DNA of 64,000 nucleotides. It comes from a virus. The stretch lies in the IMG/VR virus record IMGVR_UViG_3300023276_001086, positions 32,001-96,000 of that record, one strand, 5' to 3'. This document shows, piece after piece, positions 46,874-55,563 of this stretch (position 1 is the first letter of the stretch; each line of letters begins with the position of its first letter). The notes below the pieces were generated by a model, which worked only from the letters and a program-made list of their open reading frames with translations, did no database searches and was not told where the DNA came from. The translations under genes were made by a program, and so were the position numbers.

Positions 46874-47090
46874 CTCCTACCTCCATCTTGTCGATCTTCT
46901 CCAGCTCCTCGCGCAGCGGAGTACGACAGACCTCGTCAATCTTCGTCAGAACGTCGTCGACAGCGTCTTCCCCGTGCTTCTCCTTGAGCCCCTTCATGTC
47001 GTAGGCCAAGGAGAGCACCTCCTCATAGACATCGATCTGTGCCTGGAGACTTCGCTTCTTCTCGAACAGCTCTTTGATTGTTGACATCAT
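46773..47090 (-). CDS. Hypothetical protein
   Basis: 105 aa; ATGA-coupled. Confidence 0.6.
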   Translation of the reverse strand: MMSTIKELFEKKRSLQAQIDVYEEVLSLAYDMKGLKEKHGEDAVDDVLTKIDEVCRTPLREELEKIDKMEVGDGEKKRKSDKKASAKKRGTKASKGNKAAGSKAR

Positions 47091-47761
47091 GCCACCAAGA
47101 AAGCGCGCAACCTACCCTCGAGGTCAGCGCCATTGCTGAGATCCTTGTAGATGCTTTGCAGTGAATAGAGCACGCGCACGCGCTTGGCGCGAGCAGCATT
47201 GATCGTCTCACCACCTCGATACTTGTTGACCTCGTTCTCCGTCCTACCTCGGATGTCCAACGGATGCGTCTTCATGTAGATGTCGGCGTCAGAACCGAGC
47301 CTGATGAAGTACCTAGCCAGCACCCTCGCCCAATCCTGCGCGGTCAACCTGAAAAGCTTCATCTCGTAGAGCTCGCTCTGCTTGAACTGACGGCGGCACT
47401 TCGGACAGACAGCTATCTGCATCATCGACGAGACGAGGTTCGGCGGAATGAACCCCGGGCACCGGTCATCCGGGCAGGGGAACAACGGCTCGTCGCCACC
47501 ACCGTCGAAAGCTGACCCACTTCGAAAGACGATGATCGAACCCGGGAAGTGTCCCGACGTCGAACGGTCCTTGCCGAAGTTGACCTCGATCTTGTGGGCA
47601 GCCACCACCCTCTCGATTTTGAACATCTCGGCCATCGCCTGGCGCTTGCGCTCAACGATGACCAGCTCTTCTGGTGTAAGATCCCGTGTAAGGTGCTTGG
47701 GATCAGCCCGAGCCGAATCAAGAACCTTCTGCTGATCTGGCCCGAAAAACTCACCCATCAC
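47087..47761 (-). CDS. Zinc-ribbon-containing protein
   Basis: CPDDRC...CPKC. Confidence 0.65.
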   Translation of the reverse strand: MMGEFFGPDQQKVLDSARADPKHLTRDLTPEELVIVERKRQAMAEMFKIERVVAAHKIEVNFGKDRSTSGHFPGSIIVFRSGSAFDGGGDEPLFPCPDDRCPGFIPPNLVSSMMQIAVCPKCRRQFKQSELYEMKLFRLTAQDWARVLARYFIRLGSDADIYMKTHPLDIRGRTENEVNKYRGGETINAARAKRVRVLYSLQSIYKDLSNGADLEGRLRAFLVA

Positions 47762-48435
47762 CCGCCTCCGATATTGTGGGCGCCCTTTTGGCTCTTGCCC
47801 TTCTCGAAGAAGCTGCCCTCTGGCTTATTCCTGTTCGCTCCGCCGAGTAACGGTATGGACACCACCTGCCCATTCTCCATGACTGCGCCATCGGCGCCCC
47901 GACCAGTGAACATGTCCTCTTCGTCGCTCAAGGGAACCGGCCCCTTACCCTTCTTCCGCACGCCGGCCCTAGACGGCGCACGGGGAACAAGCGGGGGCGG
48001 AGCCGGCATATCGCTCATCCGAGACACGAACATATCGATCAACCGACACAAATCACGAACTGCTGTCCGGAGCTCCGGGGACGAGACGACGAAATTCCAG
48101 AAGAATTTCATCTTGTCACTGGCCTCGTCGTACATGATCTGCCGACAAACGTGGAGGTTCCAACGCTCATTCTCAGGAAGAGACTCGCCGCGAAGCTCCT
48201 CTTTACAAAGAACCCTGAGAAACTGGTGTACCCACACCTCCGGGTCGTACACCCGAAGACGAAGACGTGCCTGTGTGGGGGGACCCCCTCCGACAGTCTT
48301 CCCACAAGAGCACTCGTGCTCCGCCATCTCCGGGTCCGACTGACTCAGGAGCTCAACGTAGTGCCCCTTGTCTGACTTGAGCGCCGACAGAGCTACACCC
48401 AGCTGAGCGGAGCAAGCCAGTTCCTCTTCGGTCAT
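47758..48435 (-). CDS. Hypothetical protein
   Basis: 225 aa; GGAGG RBS; ATGA-coupled to the next gene. Confidence 0.6.
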   Translation of the reverse strand: MTEEELACSAQLGVALSALKSDKGHYVELLSQSDPEMAEHECSCGKTVGGGPPTQARLRLRVYDPEVWVHQFLRVLCKEELRGESLPENERWNLHVCRQIMYDEASDKMKFFWNFVVSSPELRTAVRDLCRLIDMFVSRMSDMPAPPPLVPRAPSRAGVRKKGKGPVPLSDEEDMFTGRGADGAVMENGQVVSIPLLGGANRNKPEGSFFEKGKSQKGAHNIGGG

Positions 48436-48438
48436 CGC

Positions 48439-48765
48439 TCAGTTCCTCCCGAGATCCGAGTCACACTGCTGCGGTACCTTCTGCGCGAACGCTGCCTGCT
48501 CCGCCCGCTCCTCCGCAATCTCCTGTCGGCGGACTTTGAGCCCAGCATCCATCTCGGCCCAAGCGGCACGCATCTTCTCCCACGTGTTCGCGTACTCGAA
48601 GCGGAATCCGTTGTTCGTCGACGCAGACACCTCGATACCATCTCGCGTTACGACGATAGCCCCGAACTCTCGTTGAGCGTTCTTGTTGAGCAGCCCGGAG
48701 TTATAGATTTCACTCGCTTTGTCCAACACTGTCTGCCTCCTCGAACATTTGAGCCACGTAACCAA
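48439..48765 (-). CDS. Hypothetical protein
   Basis: Fills the operon gap; true start probably ~48730. Confidence 0.5.
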   Translation of the reverse strand: MVTWLKCSRRQTVLDKASEIYNSGLLNKNAQREFGAIVVTRDGIEVSASTNNGFRFEYANTWEKMRAAWAEMDAGLKVRRQEIAEERAEQAAFAQKVPQQCDSDLGRN

Positions 48766-49288
48766 CCGTCGCCTTCAGTGGCCCAAGCCTCGCGCTCTTC
48801 GCACAGAGGAGGACGCACTTGTCATCCGGCAACGCCGGAAGTTGAATCAACGGCATGTTCCAGAACATGGTCGGAACGTGATCCTCTCTCACGTCCACAC
48901 CTAACCACCTCATGAAATTGACGACGCTGCCTGTAACCACACCAACGCCGGCCATCTTCTTCTCCGACGCCCGAACCATCATCACAGTCAACTGGGCAAT
49001 GGCGCCGACGTTGAGCCGAGCTCCCTCCCCCTTCTCCACCTCCTCGAGGTCGACAGCTTGGATGGCCTGCCAGATGTCCGTCGGGTCATCAGTCTCGACC
49101 TCCCCAAACGGTGGCTCACGATTAGGAACCAGCATGTCGACCTCAATGACCGGCGGCTCCGCGGTGAGAACCATCTTTCGAACTACGGCATCCTGCCCCA
49201 AGATGGCCCTGACCATCTCCGCAAGAGAGTCCGCCGTCGACTTCTTCGGAAGATCAAACTTCCGCTGGACTGGTACAAGTTCCGCCAT
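48710..49288 (-). CDS. Hypothetical protein
   Basis: 192 aa; TGATG-coupled. Confidence 0.6.
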   Translation of the reverse strand: MAELVPVQRKFDLPKKSTADSLAEMVRAILGQDAVVRKMVLTAEPPVIEVDMLVPNREPPFGEVETDDPTDIWQAIQAVDLEEVEKGEGARLNVGAIAQLTVMMVRASEKKMAGVGVVTGSVVNFMRWLGVDVREDHVPTMFWNMPLIQLPALPDDKCVLLCAKSARLGPLKATVGYVAQMFEEADSVGQSE

Positions 49289-49530
49289 CAGAGCTGATCC
49301 ACCTCCGCTGAGCTCTCATGAGCACCACGGAGCGCCTTGAAGTAGTCCGTGATAATCCGTGTCATCGTCGTATCCTGTTGCCGGGCGAACCACCTCACCC
49401 AAGCGAGCAAGGAGGAATCGATACGGCAGCTAAGGTGCCCCTTCTTCTCCCTCTTCGATCGCAAGAATGTCACCCTCGTGGATAATGAACTGGTCATGCC
49501 CAATACAACCCGAGGCCCGAATTGAATCAC
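49288..49530 (-). CDS. Ribbon-helix-helix (CopG/Arc-like) DNA-binding protein
   Basis: KGHLSCRIDSSLLAWVRWFARQQDTTMTRIITDYF; true start probably ~49460. Confidence 0.6.
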   Translation of the reverse strand: MIQFGPRVVLGMTSSLSTRVTFLRSKREKKGHLSCRIDSSLLAWVRWFARQQDTTMTRIITDYFKALRGAHESSAEVDQL

Positions 49531-49780
49531 CAGTGTGCGTGTTCTTCAGGTACCTGATGTAGAGCACCCGGTCACCTGGAGCTACTTGAGGCGGCACAAG
49601 AATATCCTTCTTAGTCAGCCTCCCGGCCCCAACAGCAAGCACAGTCCCCCACTGATGCACGTCATCGACGGCCCGGGCCGGGGCGAGGACACCGGGAATG
49701 ATCTCCCGTTCCGCGTCCTCCAATGGGTCGAACTGAACGAGAACCCGATCCCCTACAGGCCTGACGCGCACTTCACTCAC
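49430..49780 (-). CDS. groES: Co-chaperonin GroES (Cpn10)
   Basis: RPVGDRVLV, GTVLAVGAGR, VAPGDRVLY, EGDILAI. Confidence 0.9.
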   Translation of the reverse strand: MSEVRVRPVGDRVLVQFDPLEDAEREIIPGVLAPARAVDDVHQWGTVLAVGAGRLTKKDILVPPQVAPGDRVLYIRYLKNTHTGDSIRASGCIGHDQFIIHEGDILAIEEGEEGAP

Positions 49781-50136
49781 TGAGCACCTCCTACATCGAT
49801 GTCCTTGGGCATCCGCGTAGCCGCAGTAGCTTTCGGGGTCCTACCCGGTGGTGCCGCCTCGGGACCGTCCTCGTTGGTCTCAGCCAGGTCCGGGTGCAGA
49901 TGCTCGAACAGCAGTTTCTGAAGCTTGTCGCCCACGGGGAATGACTGTTTCATCAGGTCATTCGGGAACTTCCGAACCTTCCCCGGCTCCATCTCCACGC
50001 CGAGCTCCGTCATGATGTTCCCCTTGCGGTCCGTGACCTGCCACATCAGCAGCGGGAGAGGCTTCACGCCCAGTAGGGTGTTCTTTGGACCCTTCGGCAC
50101 CTTTGTGGTCTCGTAACTCTGTACTTTGCCGCCCAT
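49777..50136 (-). CDS. Hypothetical protein
   Basis: 119 aa; GGAG RBS; GTGA-coupled to groES. Confidence 0.55.
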   Translation of the reverse strand: MGGKVQSYETTKVPKGPKNTLLGVKPLPLLMWQVTDRKGNIMTELGVEMEPGKVRKFPNDLMKQSFPVGDKLQKLLFEHLHPDLAETNEDGPEAAPPGRTPKATAATRMPKDIDVGGAQ

Positions 50137-50557
50137 CTTCTTCCTCCGTAACCATGTAGATCATTGCTCCGGCGCCCGATGGGGCAAAGTGGAGCGTCTT
50201 CCCGTTATCCAGTAGAATGCGCTCAACGATGCACCTACCGGGGCTAATCGGCGCACCGCAGTCGAACACGACATCGGTCACCTTATGGCTCATCAGCAGG
50301 CCCTTCACAGTCCGCCAGTCCGCCACATCCTTCGGCAGCCCGAGACCGTTGAGGTAAGCCCAAAGTGCGCGGGGACCAAGGCGGACAACATCGAAGAAGT
50401 TGCCGGCCCCGAGCGTCGCCTGCACTGCTGCCTTCCCACACAGCGGACAAGCGAACGTGCCCCGCAACAAGAGCTCAACGTACCCCTCCTCCGGCAGATC
50501 GCCGTCAATCGCAAAGAGGACATTGCACTCCGGGCACGTGAATCCCGCCAGCTGCAT
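49958..50557 (-). CDS. Zinc-ribbon protein
   Basis: CPEC...CPLC. Confidence 0.6.
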   Translation of the reverse strand: MQLAGFTCPECNVLFAIDGDLPEEGYVELLLRGTFACPLCGKAAVQATLGAGNFFDVVRLGPRALWAYLNGLGLPKDVADWRTVKGLLMSHKVTDVVFDCGAPISPGRCIVERILLDNGKTLHFAPSGAGAMIYMVTEEEDGRQSTELRDHKGAEGSKEHPTGREASPAADVAGHGPQGEHHDGARRGDGAGEGSEVPE

Positions 50558-51066
50558 CAGTAAGCCTCGACCCCACCATCATCGTCATCTAGGTCGTAGT
50601 TCTGCTCACCTGGATCCGAATCATCACCCTCCGCACCGCCCGCAGCAAAAGCGTCGAGGTCACGAGGAGGCTCAGGATCAGGGTAAAACCCCACTGACTC
50701 GAGCAGTGCCTGGGCCGAGTCACCTTGACCAGTGTGCTGCTCCTCGAGCTGGCGAAGCTGCTCCGCCGCGTCGAGCTCGTCCTGGGGGATTGGGCCCGCT
50801 GCAAGCTGATGACCGAGGTGGCCCTCGACCTGCTGTCGAACGTCTTCAACTGTGGGGACCGGTTCCACGTAAGGGGACTGAGTCCCATACGCTTCCTCTT
50901 GTGCCTGGATATGGAGCTGCTCAAAAGCCCCGACCAGTTGCCCGTAGGTCAGTGCGTCAATAGGTAGCTCAACAGCTCCCCCATCGAGCAAGCCGACCAC
51001 CATACTGTGCTGACTCTGCCCAAGCTCGAGATTGACCTCGGAGCTCAAGTGCTTGATGACCATCAT
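50557..51066 (-). CDS. Acidic hypothetical protein
   Basis: 169 aa; D/E-rich tail; coupled. Confidence 0.6.
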   Translation of the reverse strand: MMVIKHLSSEVNLELGQSQHSMVVGLLDGGAVELPIDALTYGQLVGAFEQLHIQAQEEAYGTQSPYVEPVPTVEDVRQQVEGHLGHQLAAGPIPQDELDAAEQLRQLEEQHTGQGDSAQALLESVGFYPDPEPPRDLDAFAAGGAEGDDSDPGEQNYDLDDDDGGVEAY

Positions 51067-51263
51067 CGCGGTACTCCTGGTGGAAGCTGTGACCCCTGAG
51101 GGGGACCCTCTGTGTGACGAACCAACTGCCGAAGGGCCAATGATCCCTCAACCATAGCCTTGACCAACTTACAGGGATCCGTCACCTTATCCGCAAACGC
51201 GACACACTGATCAGTGCATCGTCTGTCAGAACTAAGCCAGCAGCGCAGGTTATTCTCTCGCAC
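51063..51263 (-). CDS. Small Cys-rich protein
   Basis: CW....C...C......C pattern. Confidence 0.55.
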   Translation of the reverse strand: MRENNLRCWLSSDRRCTDQCVAFADKVTDPCKLVKAMVEGSLALRQLVRHTEGPPQGSQLPPGVPR

Positions 51264-51609
51264 TGATCACCCCCTTCAGCACAGCCCCAAAGCCCGCTCT
51301 GGAAAACTCGACGAGCAGCTTCGTGATATGAGCAAGATTACCGGGTGTGTGATCTTTGGTGACAAACTCGAGCCTAACGAGCTCACGACCAACCTGCGGG
51401 GCGATATCCCGCTGAAGAAAACGCATGAACTCGATGAACGCACGAGGGTCCTTGAACTTCTCGTCGTCCCCCATCCGCACGAGGTCGGAGGACTTCCCCC
51501 GCCAACTGCACATATCGCATTGCCGATCCCACTCCCCTATGACGAGTAAGTCTTCAACCTGTGGGCAGCCGCACTGAGGGCACACTACCATCGCTTCTTC
51601 CTTCCCCAT
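51250..51609 (-). CDS. Zinc-ribbon protein
   Basis: CPQC...CDMC. Confidence 0.6.
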   Translation of the reverse strand: MGKEEAMVVCPQCGCPQVEDLLVIGEWDRQCDMCSWRGKSSDLVRMGDDEKFKDPRAFIEFMRFLQRDIAPQVGRELVRLEFVTKDHTPGNLAHITKLLVEFSRAGFGAVLKGVISARE

Positions 51610-52004
51610 GCCGCTGTCGGAGGCCTTACGACGTTCCCCTTCAGCTTCTTACGCAACCGGCTCCCCTGATCCCTACCGCCAACCTTACGCACGAGCATCG
51701 GCCCTCGAGAGGTCTCTGCCTTGAGGGCGTCGATTATCTCGTTGGTCTCCTTGGTCATCTCCTCCGACAAGAACGGAAGGAGCGCATCCCGGTACTTGTT
51801 GAACGACTCCTGAATCGTCTCCGATGACTCTTCCTGCGCTGTCCTGACCGCCTGGACGACGGTGTGCATCCCAAAAAGCTGAATGAGCTGACGACGCATT
51901 TGAATCATGAGGCAAAGCGCCTCGAGAACAGACCCCACCTTGGGCGGTTTGCTCAACAGATCGTACATCATGTTGGCCCGCGCCCAGCCAAGGGGAGTCT
52001 TCAA
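51585..52004 (-). CDS. Putative tail assembly chaperone, frameshift-extension (gpT-like) part
   Basis: In the -1 frame of 52001..53029 just past G GGA AAT; weak TTG start. Confidence 0.6.
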   Translation of the reverse strand: MKTPLGWARANMMYDLLSKPPKVGSVLEALCLMIQMRRQLIQLFGMHTVVQAVRTAQEESSETIQESFNKYRDALLPFLSEEMTKETNEIIDALKAETSRGPMLVRKVGGRDQGSRLRKKLKGNVVRPPTAAWGRKKRW

Positions 52005-53029
52005 CCATTTCCCAACTCTTCGGCAATCATGATGTTGCGAACCCGGTCATCGAACCAGAAGTAGTTGACCCGCATGTCGGCCAGAACCTGCACCGGGTAA
52101 CGGAGCACGCGCTTGAGCTTCTTCAGGAAGGCCTCGGAGTCAAAGTCGTCATCGACCAAGTGCGCTGGCATGATCTCACTACCAACAGCGTGAAGTCCGG
52201 CGGCCAGATTCATCAGCGCCAAACGCTCACGAAGATAGAGCTCCGATCCATCGAGCTTGCCGAGCTCCTGAAGGATGCCCTGATTCTCCGCACCAGACGT
52301 TGTGCGATACGTCACACTGAAACCGGCGCTGATCTTCACCGTCTGGCGTAGCTCACCGTGCAGAGCCAGATCCTCGATGCTCATGTCATCGAGAGCCTTC
52401 TCTATGCGAGCGCGCCGACGGGGGTTGTTGAACTTGTCAATGGCCGAGTCCATCTCCTGGTCCATGGAGCCCAGCCAAAGATTCTCATCTTCCAGGGGAG
52501 GAGTCTCTTTGGGCTCAGCGGCAGCATCAGGAGCCTCATCCTGTGCCGGTGGTGCCTGCGCAGCTTGTGCGGCCTGCTCCCTGTTCATGGCGTCGCCGAG
52601 GGCCTGCATATCCGACTTGATGGCTTCGACAGGCCTCGGGCTCTGTTGTTGAGGGACTCCTTGTTGTTGCTGACCCTGCTGCGCGAGCTGCTGCATGGAG
52701 ACGCCCTGGGGGCCTTGCTGCGGACCCGGCTGGGGGAAACCCTGCGGCTGCATCGGGATAGGCTGCGGAGGATAACCCGGCGGCGGGTAACCCTGCTGAG
52801 GATACTGAGGCATCCCAGGATGCGGGTACATGGGCTGCGGAGCCTGCGTCGGGTCATAGACCATACCAGGCTGCCCTTGCTGCATACCCGGCGGTATGGG
52901 GTGGCCCTGCTGCGCCTGTGGAGGCTGCGGACCGGGGCCCGGCATCGGCGGCGCACCACCGAGCGGTTGGTCGTGCCCCTTGGCCGCCTCAGTCGGGGTC
53001 GCCGGGGAAGACTTGTCGTCCGTGCTCAT
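52001..53029 (-). CDS. Putative tail assembly chaperone (gpG-like) with P/Q-rich N-terminus
   Basis: 342 aa; ends in slippery heptamer GGGAAAT one codon before the stop. Confidence 0.6.
   Translation of the reverse strand: MSTDDKSSPATPTEAAKGHDQPLGGAPPMPGPGPQPPQAQQGHPIPPGMQQGQPGMVYDPTQAPQPMYPHPGMPQYPQQGYPPPGYPPQPIPMQPQGFPQPGPQQGPQGVSMQQLAQQGQQQQGVPQQQSPRPVEAIKSDMQALGDAMNREQAAQAAQAPPAQDEAPDAAAEPKETPPLEDENLWLGSMDQEMDSAIDKFNNPRRRARIEKALDDMSIEDLALHGELRQTVKISAGFSVTYRTTSGAENQGILQELGKLDGSELYLRERLALMNLAAGLHAVGSEIMPAHLVDDDFDSEAFLKKLKRVLRYPVQVLADMRVNYFWFDDRVRNIMIAEELGNG
52007..52013 (-). other. -1 ribosomal frameshift slippery site G GGA AAT
   Basis: X XXY YYZ in the correct frame; the shift yields ...GKWLKTPLGW... 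Confidence 0.7.
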
Positions 53030-53228
53030 CCTCTACCACGCCTTTCACAAGAAAGTTCGTCAGAATCCGCTTCCTGAAATTGTTCAGAAAGGTGTGCTTC
53101 TGCACCGTCATGGGCATCAGTCCATTCTGTATGAGGTACACGTACATCCGCTCCACGTGGAACTTCAGCCCGTTCCCCTCCCAGATTTCCTCGACCTGCT
53201 CTTCCGTCAGAGCGCCCATGGCCACCAC
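52989..53228 (-). CDS. Hypothetical protein
   Basis: 79 aa, first gene of the minus-strand unit; two TTGACA hexamers upstream (53251-56, 53315-20). Confidence 0.55.
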   Translation of the reverse strand: MVAMGALTEEQVEEIWEGNGLKFHVERMYVYLIQNGLMPMTVQKHTFLNNFRKRILTNFLVKGVVEDEHGRQVFPGDPD

Positions 53229-53326
53229 CTTGCGGCATGAAGTCTCGAGCTGTCAAGAGAAATGTGCAGCAATATGCGGCACGTTTGCCTACACACACCC
53301 ACTGTGATTTTACCTGTCAATGAGGC

Positions 53327-53354
53327 GAAAAGCGTAACGAAATTAGGGGATAAG
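53327..53354 (+). promoter_or_regulatory. Phage promoter motif GAAA-N15-GGGGATAAG
   Basis: GGGGATAAGACTATTAG matches the 56087 copy at 16/17 positions. Confidence 0.7.
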
Positions 53355-53406
53355 ACTATTAGAAGTCGTGGGGACTTTACCTCTGACATTTACAAAAGGA
53401 AAAGCC

Positions 53407-55284
53407 GTGAACAACGAAGTCATGATCTTCTCAACCAGTGACATTTTTACCAACCTCCGTAACCGGCCCTCCGGCCGGATAGTGGCAGAGAATAGAGACG
53501 GCGTGTACGTCTCGACTGAGAAACTGGAAGCGGCCGTCAACAGCGGGTTCAGGTGCTATGTCGCGTCAACGCGCGAGCGGCTCACTGATGGAGATAGTTG
53601 GTGGGTTGAGATCGTCGGCCGGGACAACGTGTTCCTGGCCGAAGAGCCCGAGTATTATTGCGACTACGGTCCTTCTCAGGACCGGAACGCCTGCGTGAGC
53701 AAGGGGTACACCGACCTCGCGGCCCACCTCGGCGCCGCATGGCCGACGGACAAATGGGATGGCAGACCTGCGTTCTGGCCGAGCGGGATGCCCAAAGTCG
53801 CGGAAGCCCAAGGATGGACTATGGCCAAGTCCTGGGAAGGGCCGATAGAGCTACCGAAGGCGGTACGGCAGGTGGCCAAACACCTCCAAGTGTTTGCGAA
53901 GGCCACGGTGCTGCTAGTAGGCGGTGCCGTGGTAGACGCCCTCCAGGGACGAACGCCAAAGGATTGGGACCTCGAGGTGTACGGGGTGGCGCCCCCGGAC
54001 GTGATCGAGGTGCTCGATCGACACGGGTGGAAACCCCAGGCGGTGGGGAATGCGTTTGGGGTTGTAAAGCTCGCGCACGACGCCACGGATGGCGTCAGTA
54101 TTGATATCAGCTTCCCCAAAGCTGACAACACCCGAGATGGCGAGACGGACTTCGGTCCAGTCGACATCTACATGACACCCGCCGAGGCCGCCCTCCGGCG
54201 GGACCTCACCATCAACAGCCTCATGTACGACATCGAGGCTAGGAAGGTCATCGACAGCCACGGAGGGCTAGATGACCTACGTGACGGGGTGCTTCGGGCA
54301 ACGTCGCCCGAGCACTACGCACAAGACCCGATCCGCCCCCTGCGCGCAATGCAACTCGCGGCACGCAAGGTGCCAAACGTCGACCCCCTCACCATGGCGC
54401 TCCTCCGCTCAATGGCCACCGACGAGGCGTTCGCCTCCTTGGCCATCGAACGCGTGGGGGAGGAGTTCCACAAACTGATGATGGCTGAGAAGCCATCCAT
54501 CGGTCTCGAGGTACTCCGAGAATCGGGGTGGTTGCGCTTCTTCCCTGAACTCGAGGCACTGGTCGGGTGTCCGCAGAACCCAGACCACCACCCCGAGGGT
54601 CCGGTGTGGGACCACACGATGCTAGTGGTGGACGCCATGTCCTCCCTCGCGCGCACCGGCACCTCCTGGACCGAGGAGCCCCTCGATGGCCTGCGCCGGA
54701 AGGCCCTCATGTTCGCGGCGCTCTGCCACGACTTGGGGAAGCCAGTCACGGTGCAAGACGACTTGTCGTGCCCCAAGCATGACGTCGAGGGCGAAGAGTT
54801 GGTGCGCTCCTTCCTCGGACGCCTCACCAACGAAACGGTCCTGACCGAGGCGGTCGTCGCCCTGAGTCGAAACCACATGAGACCATTCGGTCTCGTGGAC
54901 GGCAAAGCTCGAGAGTCGCGCTGGGGGCGGCTCAAGGCCGACCTGGTCAAGCACCCCAAGCTGAAGAATGGCGGTCTGCCCAGCCTCGAAGATGCTGGCT
55001 ACCTCTCCCGAGCAGACTGGATGGGCTCCCGCCCAGTCGGCACCCGCTTCGCCAACGGCTCCACCACGGAGACGGACCGCGACCACCACGAGATTGCCGA
55101 GAGGTGCTGGGAGATGCACCGCGAGCTCGAGAAGGCCGAGCCCTTGGTCGGCGGGCGCGACCTCATCAAGGCCGGGGTCAAGCCCGGACCCCAGATGGGC
55201 AAGCTGGTGAAGGCGGCCTACGTCATCCAGCTAGACGAGCCCGAGCTCGCCCTCGAGGAGCTCATCGCTCGAGTGATGTCGTGA
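53407..55284 (+). CDS. cca: tRNA nucleotidyltransferase (CCA-adding/poly(A) polymerase family) with HD domain and N-terminal extension
   Basis: VGGAVVD..KDWDLEV, RRDLTINS, DPIRPLRA, HHPEG..WDH, HDLGKP; likely start GTG 53407 after AAGGA. Confidence 0.85.
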   Translation: MNNEVMIFSTSDIFTNLRNRPSGRIVAENRDGVYVSTEKLEAAVNSGFRCYVASTRERLTDGDSWWVEIVGRDNVFLAEEPEYYCDYGPSQDRNACVSKGYTDLAAHLGAAWPTDKWDGRPAFWPSGMPKVAEAQGWTMAKSWEGPIELPKAVRQVAKHLQVFAKATVLLVGGAVVDALQGRTPKDWDLEVYGVAPPDVIEVLDRHGWKPQAVGNAFGVVKLAHDATDGVSIDISFPKADNTRDGETDFGPVDIYMTPAEAALRRDLTINSLMYDIEARKVIDSHGGLDDLRDGVLRATSPEHYAQDPIRPLRAMQLAARKVPNVDPLTMALLRSMATDEAFASLAIERVGEEFHKLMMAEKPSIGLEVLRESGWLRFFPELEALVGCPQNPDHHPEGPVWDHTMLVVDAMSSLARTGTSWTEEPLDGLRRKALMFAALCHDLGKPVTVQDDLSCPKHDVEGEELVRSFLGRLTNETVLTEAVVALSRNHMRPFGLVDGKARESRWGRLKADLVKHPKLKNGGLPSLEDAGYLSRADWMGSRPVGTRFANGSTTETDRDHHEIAERCWEMHRELEKAEPLVGGRDLIKAGVKPGPQMGKLVKAAYVIQLDEPELALEELIARVMS

Positions 55285-55451
55285 GCCTCCCCGTTGAAGA
55301 GAAGAAGCGGCTGGGCTCTCACTGGGAAGCGGCGGAGGACCCCCGCCTCCGCGCACGCCGCAACCTCATGCGGGCCACCAGCTGGGTCGACGCCCCAGAG
55401 CCCCCCAAAGAAGAGGGGTACTACTGGCCACCAAGGAACCGCAGGAAATAA
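55281..55451 (+). CDS. Small 56-aa hypothetical protein
   Basis: GTGA overlap with the cca stop; followed by a terminator. Confidence 0.5.
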   Translation: MSLPVEEKKRLGSHWEAAEDPRLRARRNLMRATSWVDAPEPPKEEGYYWPPRNRRK

Positions 55452-55452
55452 A

Positions 55453-55493
55453 GCGCTGACACTCGTCAGGCTCCTGTGGTTCTTTCTCTAGCT
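55453..55493 (+). terminator. Hairpin (CTGAC/GTCAG) followed by TTCTCTAGCT
   Basis: End of the cca unit. Confidence 0.5.
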
Positions 55494-55499
55494 AGGTAT

Positions 55500-55527
55500 G
55501 CAAAAACACTAACAAATCCGTGATAGG
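55500..55527 (+). promoter_or_regulatory. Phage promoter motif GCAA-N15-CGTGATAGG
   Basis: Same geometry; upstream of the AAGGAGG RBS of 55564. Confidence 0.5.
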
Positions 55528-55563
55528 TAGTGTGCGGACTTTGGTAACTAACTAAGAAGGAGG

